Program-made: the position numbers and the translations under genes
Shown here: positions 1 to 14,079 of the stretch, piece after piece
How the letters are laid out: each line of letters begins with the position of its first letter
Position numbering within the stretch: position 1 is the stretch's first letter
Assembly: GCF_006345805.1 (NCBI RefSeq)
Contig: NC_043009.1
Coordinates: 16,926,001 to 16,990,000, forward strand
DNA: 64,000 nt
Source: Octopus sinensis
Lineage: Eukaryota
Reading direction: 5' to 3'
The notes under the pieces: generated by a model
Told to the model about the DNA's origin: nothing
The model's database searches: none
What the model saw: the letters and a program-made list of their open reading frames with translations, nothing else

Positions 1-564
1 GGATTTTGGATGAGATGGAACAACACTATATGTAAGTGATCTGCAATTTAATTTCTTCCAAAACACTTCCAAGCTAACAAGGAAGATTCTACACTTGACC
101 TAGTCAAATTACCCCTTACAAATGGAAGGATTTTCTGGATAGTATAGTTCAAAGTTCATCAGCCTGATAAAAATAGACTAGATGATCATGTCTGAAATAT
201 TTTAGATTGTAGATATGTTTGATAATCACAGATGACCTGGAGCTAAACAACAACTCATTGTCTTTCTTCATAATTATTAAAGAATGTAAGAAATGCAGAG
301 AGCTGGAAGAATCATTTGCAAGACGAGAAAAATGCTGAGCAGTATTTCGTCTGTCTTTAAGCTTTGAGTTGAAATTTTGCTGAGGTTGATTTTGCATTTC
401 ATCCTTCTGAGATTGATAAAATAAGTACCAGTTAAGCACTGGGGGTTGATGTAATTGACTGATCCCCTCCCACAAAATTTCAGGCCTTGTGACCATAGTA
501 GAAAGGAATATCAAAGAATGTTTTAAAATCGTTAGAAAAGAAGTAAAACTCTTTTTTGAATTAC

Positions 565-636
565 CTTTTCCTGTATACTAACGTAGTTTGTTGAATCTTC
601 AGCAGGGAATATGGTTACTCCACACACTGTAAGTCT
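565..636 (-). CDS. DNAI7: DNAI7 exon 14 (gene continues left of window)
   Basis: tttccag|AGACTT...GAAAAG|gtaatt; 72 nt, phase 0 to 0; RLTVCGVTIFPAEDSTNYVSIQEK matches CASC1 L..AGLNIFP...S..YV.I..K. Confidence 0.9.
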
Positions 637-2432
637 CTGGAAAAGAAAAATTCTACATTAAAATCTTAAACAGTAGGTTATTAGTTGAGCAATTTTAGAG
701 CTGTACAAATCATATATTTCTGTTACATTTGACCTGTCCTCCACAGCAGAAGTATTAATGCAGCTCTCCTCAATGAAGAGGATTGGCTTGCAAAATTCCT
801 GTGCCAGTAGCACATAAAAAGCACTTTTAATGGCTGTGGATGCATATTCTAAGTTGGGTCACTAATTTGTAAGGGCTGTGCAATGTGAGGTGACAGGAAT
901 GGCACTTTTGTACAACATCACACAGCCGTTACAATAATGAGAGATTAAATAGTACAAATATATGCCAGGTGGAAAGAGACACAACTGCATAAGAATGATT
1001 AAGAGATCTATTGATGTGATAACATGTGTCTGTGTATGCGTCATATATACAGAATAATTGACAGGCCGTCATGAGAACAAAATGTATGTGCGTGTATAGG
1101 CATAGATGTGTGCATGTGTTAAATACATTTAAGGATGCCAATGAAGAAGGAAACAGTGAAAGACAAGTACTTAGATAAAGAAGTGGAAATATATGTATTG
1201 AGACAGCAGTATTCTATCATTGTTTTAGGGATAGATAGTCTTCTTTAAAGATATGTATATAATATTACATAAGTATTGGATAGCAAGCTGGTGGAACTGT
1301 TAGCATGCTGGGCAAAATGCCTAGCAGCATTTCATCTGTCTCTATGTTCTGAGTTCAAATTCTGCTGAGGGCGACTTTGCTTTTCATCCTTTTGGGGTCA
1401 ATAAAATAAGTAACAGCTGAACACTGGGATCAATGTAATCAACTTACTCCCTCCTCCAGAATTGCTGGCCTTGTGCCAAAATTTGAAACCAATATTACTT
1501 AATCCTTTTTGACAAGAAAGAATATTACTCATCAACGTGTTTGAAAGGAGCAATGTAAAGGAAGCACTATGAAGTATGGGCAAACAAAACTTGAATGTGG
1601 CACCTTGGCAATGTTCCTCTTCATGTGCCATTCTTCATCCAAGATTTTTATAGCAAAATACATGACAGCTCTCATTCTCTAGCCACCCTACTTTTCTAAT
1701 ATAGCTCGCACAGATATTTTTTCATGCTCCTGAAGTTGAAATTCACCATGAGAGGCTGCTAATTTCAGATAATAGAAATGATTGAAGAAAATATTCTATG
1801 ACAGCTGTGTGCTGCCACTGAAAACACATTCCAGAACACATTTCAAAACTGGAGAAAACATTAGGAATAGTGTATGAACAGTATAAGGGAAATCGTTTGA
1901 AGAAAAGAAGCAAAGAGATTCTCTGCTTTTACGATGTTCAGTTTTTATGTTAATTTTAACAGACACACCTCATAGTGGTGTAGAATATACAATGGTAGTA
2001 TTGTTTTGATACCCAACCTTATTTAATGTGACTGAATATTTTTATAGAGGCTGTGGTAAAGACAAGACAGAGAATAGTTTTGTTCAATTCATGTTGTGAC
2101 AGTCTGAATTCATTAGGATTTATTACACACGGTCAGTTAATGAGCAAATTTTGAGTTTATATCTGCTGGGGTTTCACAGCTTTAATCAACAATCTCTGTA
2201 ATCAAGGCCTGCTCAAGCAGGACAGACTAAAGTTATTTAATAACAACTAATATTTGTTGTATTAACCGAAACAGTAAATTGACCAATGTTAACTTTAGAC
2301 ATAAAGCAATGCTCATCAATTAAACAGTTTGATTTGATGCTCTACTATCGGGTTTGATCAAACCTGATGATTTAATTATTTCTAGATTTCACTGAACTAA
2401 GAACTAAGCCAGAGTACAAGCAGTCCCAGTGC

Positions 2433-2659
2433 TTAACCCTTTAGCATTCACATTACTCTGTCAAATGTAATTCTTATTTATCCACATTATTTTGAATTAA
2501 TCAGGTATCATTTTGTAGCTTTGAGATTTCAATGAAGTGATTGCTTATTTTAGAATGACATTGTAAGGTTGGTGTGAGAGGTTGGATCTAGCCAGTTTGA
2601 ACATAAAATAGGTTGAATATTTTGGCTTGATCTGTCCGTTTTAAATGCTAAATGATTAA
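2433..2659. mobile_element. piggyBac-like MITE (TTAA-flanked)
   Basis: TTAACCCTTTAGCATT...AATGCTAAATGATTAA; sibling copies at 4725-4935 and 20983-21209. Confidence 0.75.
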
Positions 2660-2824
2660 AACAAAAGGGATTTGGCAGTTCTATTGTGCAATCATGTAAC
2701 AATGGAACTCTATTAAGAAGTTGTTAAATCACAATAAAATAGCGGTAACTTGTTTTTAGTTCGTCTCAAAAAACAAAAAAAATACAACCAAAAAAAACTG
2801 GGATATTTGAAATATTTTACCTAC

Positions 2825-2911
2825 TCTAATTAATTCTTTTGGTTTGTACCACTTTTCAAATAGTTGAGAAAGTCCTTCTTCAGGATGTTTCAGAATACAA
2901 CACATTCCATC
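2825..2911 (-). CDS. DNAI7: DNAI7 exon 13
   Basis: atgatag|GATGGA...ATTAGA|gtaggt; 87 nt, phase 0 to 0; DGMCCILKHPEEGLSQLFEKWYKPKELIR. Confidence 0.88.
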
Positions 2912-3562
2912 CTATCATAAGTGGAAAACAACACAAATTACAGCTGAAAACTAATACAGTTCAACAACAACAACAACAACAATAACAACCACCACCACTG
3001 CTGCTGCTTCAGCTGGCACCACCACCACCACCACCACCACCACCACTACCACTACTATCATCACCACCTCCTCTTCTAATGCATCTAAATATAAATTCTA
3101 TTGTTAAAGAGTTAATTCTTTGATACCTTGCAGCAGCCCCTACTGGAGTACTGCCCAGTTGTTACGTAGAAATATTCTATATATGTGTTGTTGTTTGTTT
3201 AATGTTAGAAATGCTCTCGACTCTGTTAGTCATTTCATAGTGTTGTAAACAGTTGTAACTGCAACCGGTCATATAGTTTCTATACAATTATTCTACCTAC
3301 TCAAAGAATAAAAAAACAAAACAAAAGAATTACCTCGGTTCCTTACATCATATACAAAAGGGACAGCCACAGCAAAAATACTGACAACTTTGTAAGGGGG
3401 ATATTTATAGTTAAAGAAACTGACAAAACCTTTCTAATATTTATTTTACTTATATTTAAGAATAAATAACAAAATGAACTGATGGATAGTTTGATCTCAA
3501 AATAATGTGTGACAGTCTCCTGTTCCAACAACATGCTATGGTGTTGATATCTTACATAAGAT

Positions 3563-3955
3563 AGGCATAGGCTGTGTGGTAAGAAGTTTGCTTTCCAACC
3601 ACATGGTTCCTGGTTCACTCCCATTGCATGGCACCTTGGGCAAGTGTCTTCTACTATAGCCTCGCGTCAACCAAAGCCTTCTGTATGGATTTGGTAGACA
3701 GAAACTGAAAGCAACCTGTAATGTGTATGTGTGTGTGTTTGTTTCTGTGTTTATCCTCCACCACTGCTTCACAACCAATGTTGGTGTGTTTATGTCCTCG
3801 AAACTTAGCAGTTCAGCAAAAGAGACTGCTAGAATAAGTACCAGGTTTAAAAAGAAAAATAGGTACTGGGGTTGATTAGCTTGACTAAAATTCCTCAAGG
3901 CGGTGCCCCAACATGGCCACAGTCTAATGACTGAGGTAAAAGATAAAAGATAAAG
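3563..3955 (+). mobile_element. tRNA-derived SINE family A
   Basis: Head GGCTGTGTGGTAAG...GGTTCA.TCCC, body GGCAAGTGTCTTCTACTATAGCC, tail ATGGCC.CAGTC.AATGACTGA..(TAAAAGA)n; further copies at 5690-6727, 11270-11445(-), 24600-24823, 30200-30430(-), 39535-39678, 41800-42015(-), 49005-49200(-). Confidence 0.85.
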
Positions 3956-5855
3956 ATGAAAGAAATGCAATGTCTCAGAATTATACAGAAGGAGAATTTA
4001 TATCTTAAGATGTTTAGCTCAAAGTAAAATGAAATGACAACAAACAAGATTTAAAGCCCTGGGTGAACTGAATTTGCTGGGAGTTTATATCTATTCTGCA
4101 ACACTTGTTTTCTCCTGTTTTTTGGTAGTCATTTCTCACTTTAAAAGAAAGCTACAAATGTAGGTAAGGAGCAAAGTTAGTTGAATCAGCTGCAGTCAGT
4201 ATCGAAAGGCAGAAAATGAAGTAGTTTGGCCGTGTGACATGACACAATGGTACTCTACTGGACACTGGTACTGGAAAACCAACAAAAGGTGTTGTTGAGT
4301 AATACCAAACATTGAACAGAGAGGAAGGTGGTGAAGGTCTTGAAGTTTGCTGATGTCAAGGTAAAATGACACAGTGCTTCTCGAGACTTTGGTAGATTGA
4401 AATGTTCATTATAATTCATTATGTACTACAGAAGCAGTATTAGATTAAAATAGCTATCTGTGTATCATACTTAATGCAAATACGTCACAGGAAGCCATAT
4501 TAACTGTAGTATTCATTTGGAGACATTATCTCTCATGGACACACTGTTAAGTGAGATAGATATATCTGTAGCAGACGAAAATTGTTATGAAGTGATGATA
4601 GATTTTATTTTAGCATCTACTTGCTAAGGAGAATGAACTGCTAAGAAAAGGCAGAAATGTGCAATTAGCATTCTCACCACCATTGTTGGACAATTTTTGC
4701 CAGCTTCAGACATATTTGTGTTATTTAACCTTTTAGCATTCAGATTACTCAGTCAAATATAATGGTTATTTATTCACATTGTTTTGAATTAATCATGCAT
4801 TATCTCATACCTTTAAGATTTCAATGATGTGATTGTTTATTTTGAGAATGACATTGATGGGTAGCTGTGAGAGGCGTGGTCTGGCCAGTTTGATCATAAA
4901 ACAGTCAGAATATTTGGGTTAGCACTGTATGCTAGGAGATACTATCACCTGATGAATACAGCAGTTAATTTGTTTTTGTGATGTGACAGCATTACGTATG
5001 ATTATACAGAGGCAATTTAATACATATTTTATAAACACTGAAAGGAAAAAAAGATGAAGTTAACACTGTCAAGATTTAAACTCAGAGCATTAAAAAATGA
5101 AACTAAAAGCTATGAAGTCAATTAGTCCCACACTCCATTCTATCTTTTCATCTGTCACCTTTCTAACTTAAATGTTGATTTTTTATGACAACACATTGTC
5201 AGTATTTGTAGATTTCAGTAAAACAGTGTATTATTGGAACTTGTCTTATCATCAAGTATAGCTAGCATTATTTTATTCCTTTACTAGTTCCAACTGTTTA
5301 ATTGGTATATAATATAAATTCATATCAATATATGTTAGCAATATAATTTCCCAAAACCAGAAGAACAAAAAACAGGCAAGATTTGAACCATTAACTAATA
5401 TTGTTATAATATTGATTTCAAATTTTGGCGTGAGGCCAGCAATTTTAGGGCAGTGGGTAAGTCAATTACATTGAACCCAGCACTCAACTGGTACTTATTT
5501 TATCAACCCCAAAAGAATGAAAGGCAAAGCTGACAGTGGCAGAATTTGAACTCAAAACATAAAGATGGACAAAATACTGCTAAGCATTTTAGCCAGTGTG
5601 CTAAGGATTCTGGCAGCTCATTGCTTTAACATTGTAATGATATTGATTGTTATCAATTAATTAAGTATCTATTACGAGAGTTCAAATTTAGGCGTGGGAG
5701 TGACTGTATGGTAAGTAGCTTGCTTGTGAACCACACGGTTTCAGGTTTAGTCCCACTGCATGGCACCTTGGGCAAGTGTCTTCTACTATAGCCTTGGGCC
5801 GACTAAAGCCTTGTGAGTGGATTTGGTAGATGGAAACTGAAAGAAGCCTGTCATA

Positions 5856-5900
<45 letters not shown>

Positions 5901-6040
5901 GTATGTGTGAGTGTATATGTTTGTGTGTCTGTGTTTGTCCCCCCAACATCGCTTGACAACCGATGCTGGTGTGGTTACGTCCCCGTAACTTAGCAGTTCA
6001 GCAAAAGAGACTGATAGAATAAGTACTAGGCTGCTAACAA

Positions 6041-6652
6041 AGCATGCGGAGTTCTGTTCTTGATTCGACGGTCATTCGGAATGCTCACAGCAGCCATATT
6101 TCTACCGCTCTATATCACGCTGGTGAGACCCATATTGGAGTACGGGATTCAAGCCTCTTCTCCTTATCTCCTCAAAGACACACAGCATCTCGAAAGAGTC
6201 CAGAAGCTGGCTACCCGCATGGTTCTTGGTCTCAAGAATTCGTCTTATGAAGAAAGGCTGAAGACACTCGACCATTATTCTCTAGAAAAACGACGACGTC
6301 GTGGTGATCTCATCCTTGCTCACAACATCATAAGCGGAAAGTGTAACCTCTCGAAAGAGCTGTTCTTCACTCCTGCTCCAGAGTGTTGGCTGCGGGGTCA
6401 TTCCAAAAAGCTCTATCTGCGACGATTTCATCTCAATCGAAGGAGAGGGGCTTTCTCCGTCCGGGTTGCGGATCCGTGGAATAAGCTGCCGGACGAGATG
6501 GTGAAGATGCCGACGACCGCTCGGTTCAAAGTCTCCCTTGACCACAAGTGGCCTGAACTCTTTACCTGAACACCACCCTGTACATAACTCCATGTCCCCC
6601 TACATGGCCTTGCTTTTTGCTTTTTGAGCCAAAGAACTAACTAACTAACTAA
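6041..6652 (+). mobile_element. 5'-truncated CR1-type LINE 3' end
   Basis: ORF 6060..6569 (LVRPILEYG...LERVQKLATRMV.GLK..SYEERLK.L...SLEKRR.RGDLI...RGH...FSVRV...WNKLP); (AACT)n tail; interrupts a SINE. Confidence 0.9.
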
Positions 6653-6745
6653 ATTTGCTCGACTAAAGGCGGTGCTCCAGCATGGCCACAGTCAAATGAC
6701 TGAAACAAGTAAAAGAGTAAAAGAGTAATTGTTTTTAAGCCTCAC

Positions 6746-6912
6746 CTTGATTTCAATAACAATTTCCAATACAGCAGCTGTAATGGTGAAAACTGCCCAG
6801 TTGGTAGCCCTTGGCCTTATCTCCCAAGATTGAAATGGCATGTTAATATAAGAATCTTGTATCAAGGCAAATTTTCCAAATGAATTTGTTTTAAACTGAA
6901 CACTTTTGGTTT
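6746..6912 (-). CDS. DNAI7: DNAI7 exon 12
   Basis: ttgacag|AAACCA...ATCAAG|gtgagg; 167 nt, phase 1 to 0; FGKFALIQDSYINMPFQSWEIRP matches the CASC1 C-terminal motif FGP..LIQD.HINMPYQSWELRP. Confidence 0.97.
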
Positions 6913-7069
6913 CTGTCAAAATCATAAAATTAAGATACATCATCATCATCGTCATCATCATCACCACCACCACCACCACTGCCACCACCACCACCACTTA
7001 TTTATAACCAGCTGTGATTTCAAGATAGGGTAACATCCAAATACACACATAAACATACACACACACACA

Positions 7070-7144
<75 letters not shown>

Positions 7145-7266
7145 TTCTTATGCACATATACTCTTGTTCACTTAAAATTACTACAGAAGGGCTTAATGCT
7201 TGATAAGTGCTTTAGCACGAAACTGTTGTTTGTACCTTGAGTTATGGCAGTAGTAATATGTGTGCA

Positions 7267-7311
<45 letters not shown>

Positions 7312-7334
7312 AATTAATAGTGGAACACAAAGCA

Positions 7335-7755
7335 GTCAAACAAAGCTACATGAAGAAGATATCCTTAATGTAGCAAATTTGCTCCTGGGAAAGCATCAAG
7401 AAGTTAAGACTTTACTCTCTGGAATGAAGGCAGGAAAGATATTCTGCAATATAAATCAGAAAGATCCTGGAAGGACTAGTCAGTGCCTAAAATCCCATCC
7501 CCTGCTATCAAAATACAAGGCCAGATACTACAATGGCTTGGGACTCTTCCAAACTAAATTGGATTTCCTACTATCAATAGTGCTAGATGAGCCAACTTCA
7601 TGGCAGGAAGGGGAAATGCAGGCAGCAACATCAAACTCCCTCATTCACCAAATGCCAACTAGTAAAGGAGGATTAATGAAGATGTAGCAACACCAGTTGG
7701 TGGCACTCCAGTATGGCCACAGCTCTCGAGCTGAAACTAATAAAAGAGTAAAAGA
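7335..7755 (+). mobile_element. Decayed CR1/L2-type LINE 3' end
   Basis: ORF 7379..7687 FQTKLDFLLSIVLDEPT...AATSNSLIHQ, then a 3' tail resembling the family A SINE tail. Confidence 0.6.
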
Positions 7756-8998
7756 TATATGTATGTATGTATGTACAGATATGAATCTGTATGTAAGCAT
7801 AACTCTCTCATTGTCTCTCTCTCTCTCTCTCCACTCTTTCTCTCTCTCTCTCTGTCTCACACACATATAGAAGAAACTGACTAGTTGGTATAATTCTAAA
7901 CTATCAGGAAACTGATGAGTAGTTTTATGAATTTGTTCAACCTCAGGTAACAATACAATGTGTAACACAATTTTTATCCTTGGGTAGCAACTGTTATTTC
8001 CTATTTATTTACCCCTATAAAGTATTAAAAAATGGCTAATATTTCCTTCAATTACATTTATTCAAACCCTAAAGAATCCCTCTCAACACATGGCTAGGAT
8101 GCTCCACCATTCCTGTTCATCATCAGAGATGTACATATTGTCAGCCACTGAAGGACATGCTCAAGTGGCTAAGATCAAATCTGTGGTATTGAGCAGAATA
8201 TTCGCTATAATGATATTTCTGCTTCAACAACTCAGATCTGAATCTGTCTGAAATGTAATGGAAAATAGGTCATTTCCAAAACACTGATGCCCAGGTCACA
8301 AAAACAAATTTTGAAGAGAAGAGTGGTCATTTCCTTTGATTTCTAGAAAGAAGCAAATAGAAAATAACACTTACTGACTAAAAAAAAAAATTTTTTTAAA
8401 TAAATGAATAAAATTTTGTTGCACATAATTAAACAGACCTATGATGAAAGGCATTGCAGCTGAGATCATTCTCCCTTTAGGGGTGTCTAAGACAACATTA
8501 TCTAATTTATCATTATCAATTTAAATTCAAAAGGGAAAGTTAGTTGTTATTTCTAGCAGATCAAGTGAGCAGATAAAGGCTACCTGAAGATTTACAGAGC
8601 TGAGAAGGAATTTTCATGAAAGAGAATGAGAATAGATAATCTATTGTTTGAATATTGGCAACAAAATCACTTTAATGACAACTTATAACTCCTTGATAGG
8701 TTGTTAAGCTATTATAGTTTAATTTCCCAAGAACTTTAGAGATGTATTTGGTAGCAAAGAAACAGATAGTTGTATAAACTCCCAAAGGTTACAAGACAAA
8801 GCTTGTCATAAATTCTGAATCCAAAGCATGAAACATTTATGCTAGAAACTCACACAATTATTAAACATCCTGGGATATTAAATTTAAAACATACAGGATG
8901 GAAGAAAGCATTGGTAACACCTTCACGCATAAAAGTTGAAAGGGAAAACTCAAAGAAATTAGCCAAAGTGAAGAAATAGAAGTTGTGATTTATCTTAC

Positions 8999-9105
8999 CA
9001 TCATTATATTTGTAGTCAGAAATGTCTTTTACACTCCATACTTTCCTGCTGCTATCCCATTTCACAGGGCGTGGACATTCTGAAAGTACTACATGTGGAG
9101 GAATT
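8999..9105 (-). CDS. DNAI7: DNAI7 exon 11
   Basis: caaacag|AATTCC...ATGATG|gtaaga; 107 nt, phase 2 to 1; IPPHVVLSECPRPVKWDSSRKVWSVKDISDYKYND matches CASC1 P.VVRWD....HW..DGIS. Confidence 0.93.
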
Positions 9106-9211
9106 CTGTTTGTATGGAAATAAATGTTTAAATATGCCATTAGTAAATATAGATACATAACTCTTAATGTGTGTATGTATACACACACACACACACATAC
9201 GTACGTACATA

Positions 9212-9800
9212 TACAGGGTGTCCCAAAAGTCACTGATGGGTTTCAATTGTTAATAACTTCCTTAACTTTACAAATAAATGCATGAAATTTTGATACAATA
9301 TAAAGGACATAATGGAAATTAATTATTTAACCTTTTCCCTCTCTTTTCAGATTTTATGTGTTCACGGATCTGAGAAATTCATTATGGAAAAATACAGCAC
9401 TCAGCAACGCATCCAAATAGTAAAATTGTTCTACCAAAATCAGGGGTCGATAATTCAGACCTAGAGAGCATACTCTTGACACTTCCAAGTGAGAGATGAA
9501 CCAAGTGAGGATGTGATTAAAAATTTGATTTGTCATTTCAAAAAGCAAGGAACAGTAGCTGATCTTCCATGATCTGGGAGGCGTCGCAATGTCAGAAGTG
9601 ATGAGACATGCGAACAAGTTCGAGAGAGAGAGTCTACGAAAATCCATGCACATCGATTTGGAGGTGATCACAACAGTTACAGATTTCACAGACTTCCCTG
9701 CAAAGGGTTCTCATCAGCCTTCGTCTTTATCCATATAAGGTGCAGTTGGTTTAACAGCTAAAGCCCCAAGACTATGAACAGAGGATCCAATATGCTGTCA
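9212..9800 (+). mobile_element. Tc1/mariner-type transposon 5' relic
   Basis: TIR-like TACAGGGTGTCCCAAAAGT; interrupted HTH transposase N-terminus MEKYSTQQRIQIVKLFYQNQGS...SGRRRNVRS from 9384. Confidence 0.7.
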
Positions 9801-9829
9801 AAATCCAGGAGTTGGCAATGTATTTTTAT

Positions 9830-10260
<431 letters not shown>

Positions 10261-11206
10261 TCATACCTTTTTTCCTCCTCCCTGATTCCTACCTATTACA
10301 CTAACCTATCACATACATCTATTTATAGAAATTTGACATCCTTGTATTCTTCCTTTCGCTTTAAATTTTACTACTAAAATTACTACTTACTTTGGTATCA
10401 CATCACCCATAGGTTTTCTCTACCCATCTCTTAATGCAGCCCTATCATATCACCCCTATTCACATATCTCACACTTATTCACTCCTTACCTTCTCATCTC
10501 TTCCTATTCACCTCTCAACGACTCCTCTCCCATCCTCCCCTCACATTATCTTGACCACCAGCTAACACTTCTTTTCTCACTTCTTTCCCCCCTTTCTTCA
10601 TTTTTTCAGTCCTTCAACTCTTTTTCCTTGCTCTCTTTTTATTTATTTTGTTTAGAAAAATTTTTTTCTTCTTTTCTCTCTTTTTTCCTCTCATTTAGTC
10701 TTTCTGTTTTCATTTTGACCTATCTCCACATTCTAATCATACACATCTCCGCCCCACCCATCTATCCACAAATATTACCCATACATTCTCAAATTTTCAT
10801 TCACACCACAAAACCCCTTCAAATAAGCAACAAAGAATCCATAGCTCCATACTTTGAAATGACTAAACATGAAATACTATTGGAACTTACATACCATGTA
10901 CAGGAAACGTTTTTTTACCACTTCTATACACCACTTTACTCGAATAAAGTAACTGCAACTACAGTATTTTATATTTTATTTCTACTTTCATTCTCTTATT
11001 TCCCTCTATATTCCCCATCTCCCTCTTTTTCATAATACTTCCTTCTTTCGAACTCAAATATTTACCTCTATTTAACCATCTCACATCGTCTCTAATAAAG
11101 GGATATCCATACTATCCCAGAAACAGCTCTAAGGCTATATCTATATCCCTTTCCTTATAAATGTCCTGGAAACTTCTCACAGTCTTAGCTTTGTTATTTC
11201 ATTTTG

Positions 11207-11247
<41 letters not shown>

Positions 11248-11939
11248 TATAGATATATATATACACACAATAGGCCAATAGGCTTTTTTCAGTTTCCATC
11301 CACGAAATCCACTCACAAGGCTTTGGTTGGCTTGAAGCTATAGCAGGAGACCCTTGCCCAAAGTACCATGTAGTGGGACTGAATCCAGAACCATGTGGCT
11401 GAGAAGAAAACCTCTTTACTATATAGCCACACTTGTGCCTATACGTACATATATAAACATACACATATATATAAACATACATATATATATATAAACTACA
11501 GCTGCCACTCAAATTTTAGTCTGGCTTGGTAGCATGTACCATGTTTTTGCTAATAGTTTAACGTGTCCATTTAGTCATGTGTAGACATAGACACCCTCAC
11601 ATTCCTCCCGCGCTTGACCCAACAGAACATCTGTGATTTGATGATTGGAAGGAGCAAGGACTGCCCCAGCACTCAACTTGTATATTCTTTATCAACCTCA
11701 AAAGAATTAAAGGTAAAGTTGACTGTAGATACGAAATTATAAGTGTAAACAACTGAAACAGATGACAAGTTTTATATGAAGTTTTAGTAACTCTGCCGAT
11801 TAACCACCAGCAAGGGCAGTCTTGCTATGTACAGAGATACGGTCATCAAGGTGAATGTCAGCAAGAGTACAAGAGAGAGTGAGAGAGATGGGACCAGCAC
11901 TTCTTCTTTATACAGCAGTCTTCATTCAAATGCATCACA

Positions 11940-13270
11940 TGTCCAAACCATCGTAGTCTCCTCTCTTGCAAGCTGCATCTGATTCCACTTATACCCAAAT
12001 TTTCTCTCAGCACATTAGCACTTTGTCATACATGCATACTGGTGTTGCACAACCATTGGAAAATACTAACTTCACTTCTCTCTGGTCTATGCATGTTGTC
12101 TGCATTCAGGGCCCACATCTCATTACAAAGGAGCATAGCTGTTCATGCACAAGTATCATACAATCTGCTTTTCACTCTGAGAGAGAGGTCTTCTGTTGCC
12201 AATAATAGCTCTCTAAATATCCTCCATCCTATTCTTGCAACAATACTTTCAGAACATCTTTCATCACTGATAATTAGGTCACCTAGGTCCATAGAAACCA
12301 TCTACGAATTCAATGGAGCCTCCAGGGCATTTGAAAGATCTAATTTCTGTGTGCCCTGAATGCTTATTGTTCCTGCACTTCTGCAATATATGACAAGTTT
12401 TCTTTGTCCCTGTGATTCCATTCTACCTTTTATGTGTCCATAGCTTGCACCTTTCTTAAATATTGAGTCATTCACCTGATGGAAAGATAGTCTTATTCTG
12501 TTTTCTCACTAACAATAAATTTGATCTTCACTAGATTAACTTTAAGGCCATTTGATTCCAGGATTTACTTCCATACCAGGAATTTATTCTCCAATTCTGT
12601 TACAGATTCTACAAGAAGAGCAAGGTCATCAGTATGAAGTACTCCCCATGGACAGCTAGTTTTAAGCTGTTATGGCCTGGAGGACTATGATGAAGAGAGA
12701 GGATTGAGAATTGAACCCTGGTGAAGCCTTACATGTTCACTAAATTCATCACTGTACTCTTGGCCAACTCTCACCTTACTGGTAGCACCACTATACATAG
12801 CTTGTACAGTTCTAACAAGCCACTCATCTGCTTCTAACTTCCTTAGAGACCACTTGATAACAGAGTAAGGGACTCTGTCAAAAGCTTTCTCCAAGTTCTT
12901 GAAAGTCAAGTACAATGATTTACTTTTCGCCAGATACTTCTACAGCCATCTCACTAGGAAGATGGCATCTGTGATACTCTTCCCAGGCACAAAACCAAAC
13001 TGCATTTTGTATAGTTTAACTCTATTACTAATCAACTGGGCTATAACTCTCTCTGTAACTTTCGCGTCTGGGTCCAGTAGTTTGGTACCTCTGTAGTTGT
13101 TTCTATCTAAGGCATCACCTTCACTCTCATAGCAGCTAACTCTATTACTATCACATCAGTCATTGAGGGTGACACCTTCCTAGATAACCTGACGAACTAT
13201 TCAAGTGGCTAGGCTGTCTCCTACCCCACCAGATATTTTAAACATCTCTGTGGTGATTCCTAGTGGTCCA
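11940..13270 (-). mobile_element. Decayed RTE-clade LINE (RT region)
   Basis: ORF 12685..12915 LEKAFDRVP...W...VQAMY..ATSKVRVG..YSDEF...V.LHQGSILNPL; many stops and frameshifts. Confidence 0.85.
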
Positions 13271-13569
13271 GGAGCTTTCCTTGTTTTCGTATCCTTAATT
13301 GCCTTAAATCATTTATAAAATAATATAAAATAAATTATTAGTATATATTAGTAACTGCAAAACAACTGTAGTTGGATATTGACATCCAATGGTAAAATAA
13401 ATTTTACTTATCATATACTTCCTCTCTTTATCTATAATTTACACACACACACACGATTAAAAACATAATCAACATAGTTTAACGCTAGTGATACAGAGTT
13501 AGTTTAAAGTTGTCTAGGACAACAACATTAACAACAGTAACCATTTTATTACTAAGGATACGAAATTAC

Positions 13570-13726
13570 CTTAACGTCATACCAATTAGAGGTCTCTCAT
13601 CCCGTTTCTGTTCAAGACTGGCTTCCTTTTCTTTCCTCAGTTCCCCTTCCTCTCCTGATTCTTTAGATTCTGTTGGCAGTGGAGGGTCAGCTACATAGTC
13701 CATGTAGACCAACTCAGTTGGGACAA
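13570..13726 (-). CDS. DNAI7: DNAI7 exon 10
   Basis: ttttcag|TTGTCC...GTTAAG|gtaatt; 157 nt, phase 1 to 2; VPTELVYMDYVADPPLPTESKESGEEGELRKEKEASLEQKRDERPLIGMTL(R). Confidence 0.9.
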
Positions 13727-14079
13727 CTGAAAATATAGAGGAGCCATAACATTGCAGATTAAGACAGTGCTTCAGAAGTGATGAGGGTTTCAATGAAGAA
13801 AAACTAAGGGGTGCTTTGAACCTTATGTAACTTGGTATGCAGGTATGAATGAAAGGAAGAAAGAAAAGAAAAAAGAAGAAAGGTTGTAGCTGTTGAATGC
13901 TTGCAAGAGTCATCTTTGATGGTGTAATACTATGCCACCAGAACAAACAATCAATGTTGCCTAGTAACACAAATTTAACGAGCAAGACATGGTATGATGT
14001 ATCATTTGAACATTTATCCCATTGTATTATTTGTACTCAGTTCTATGATATCAAAGTAAAAGTGATAACCCGAGATAGT

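Noticed and set aside
1-37. Plus-strand ...CACTATAT|GTAAGT donor-like site suggesting an antisense exon
   Set aside because: Only 31 nt of context; no recognisable protein or partner exons on the plus strand.
149-514. 121-aa minus-strand ORF as the next DNAI7 exon
   Set aside because: It begins in a SINE B copy and has no similarity to the expected CASC1 C-terminal segment; the next exon is probably left of the window.
2364-2370. Isolated CTGATGA heptamers (also 7912-7918, 63680-63686 and the reverse hit near 9713)
   Set aside because: No stem II-GAAA-stem III-UH arrangement or stem I pairing follows; chance matches.
5690-5770. tRNA genes at SINE heads (A/B-box-like TGGTAAG...GGTTCAGTCC)
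   Set aside because: These are tRNA-derived SINE promoters; no complete cloverleaf, and they continue into SINE body.
13727-13985. 5' part of the 139-aa ORF 13566..13985 as coding
   Set aside because: It lies upstream of the polypyrimidine-AG acceptor at 13727-13728; intronic read-through, and only 13570-13726 is exon.
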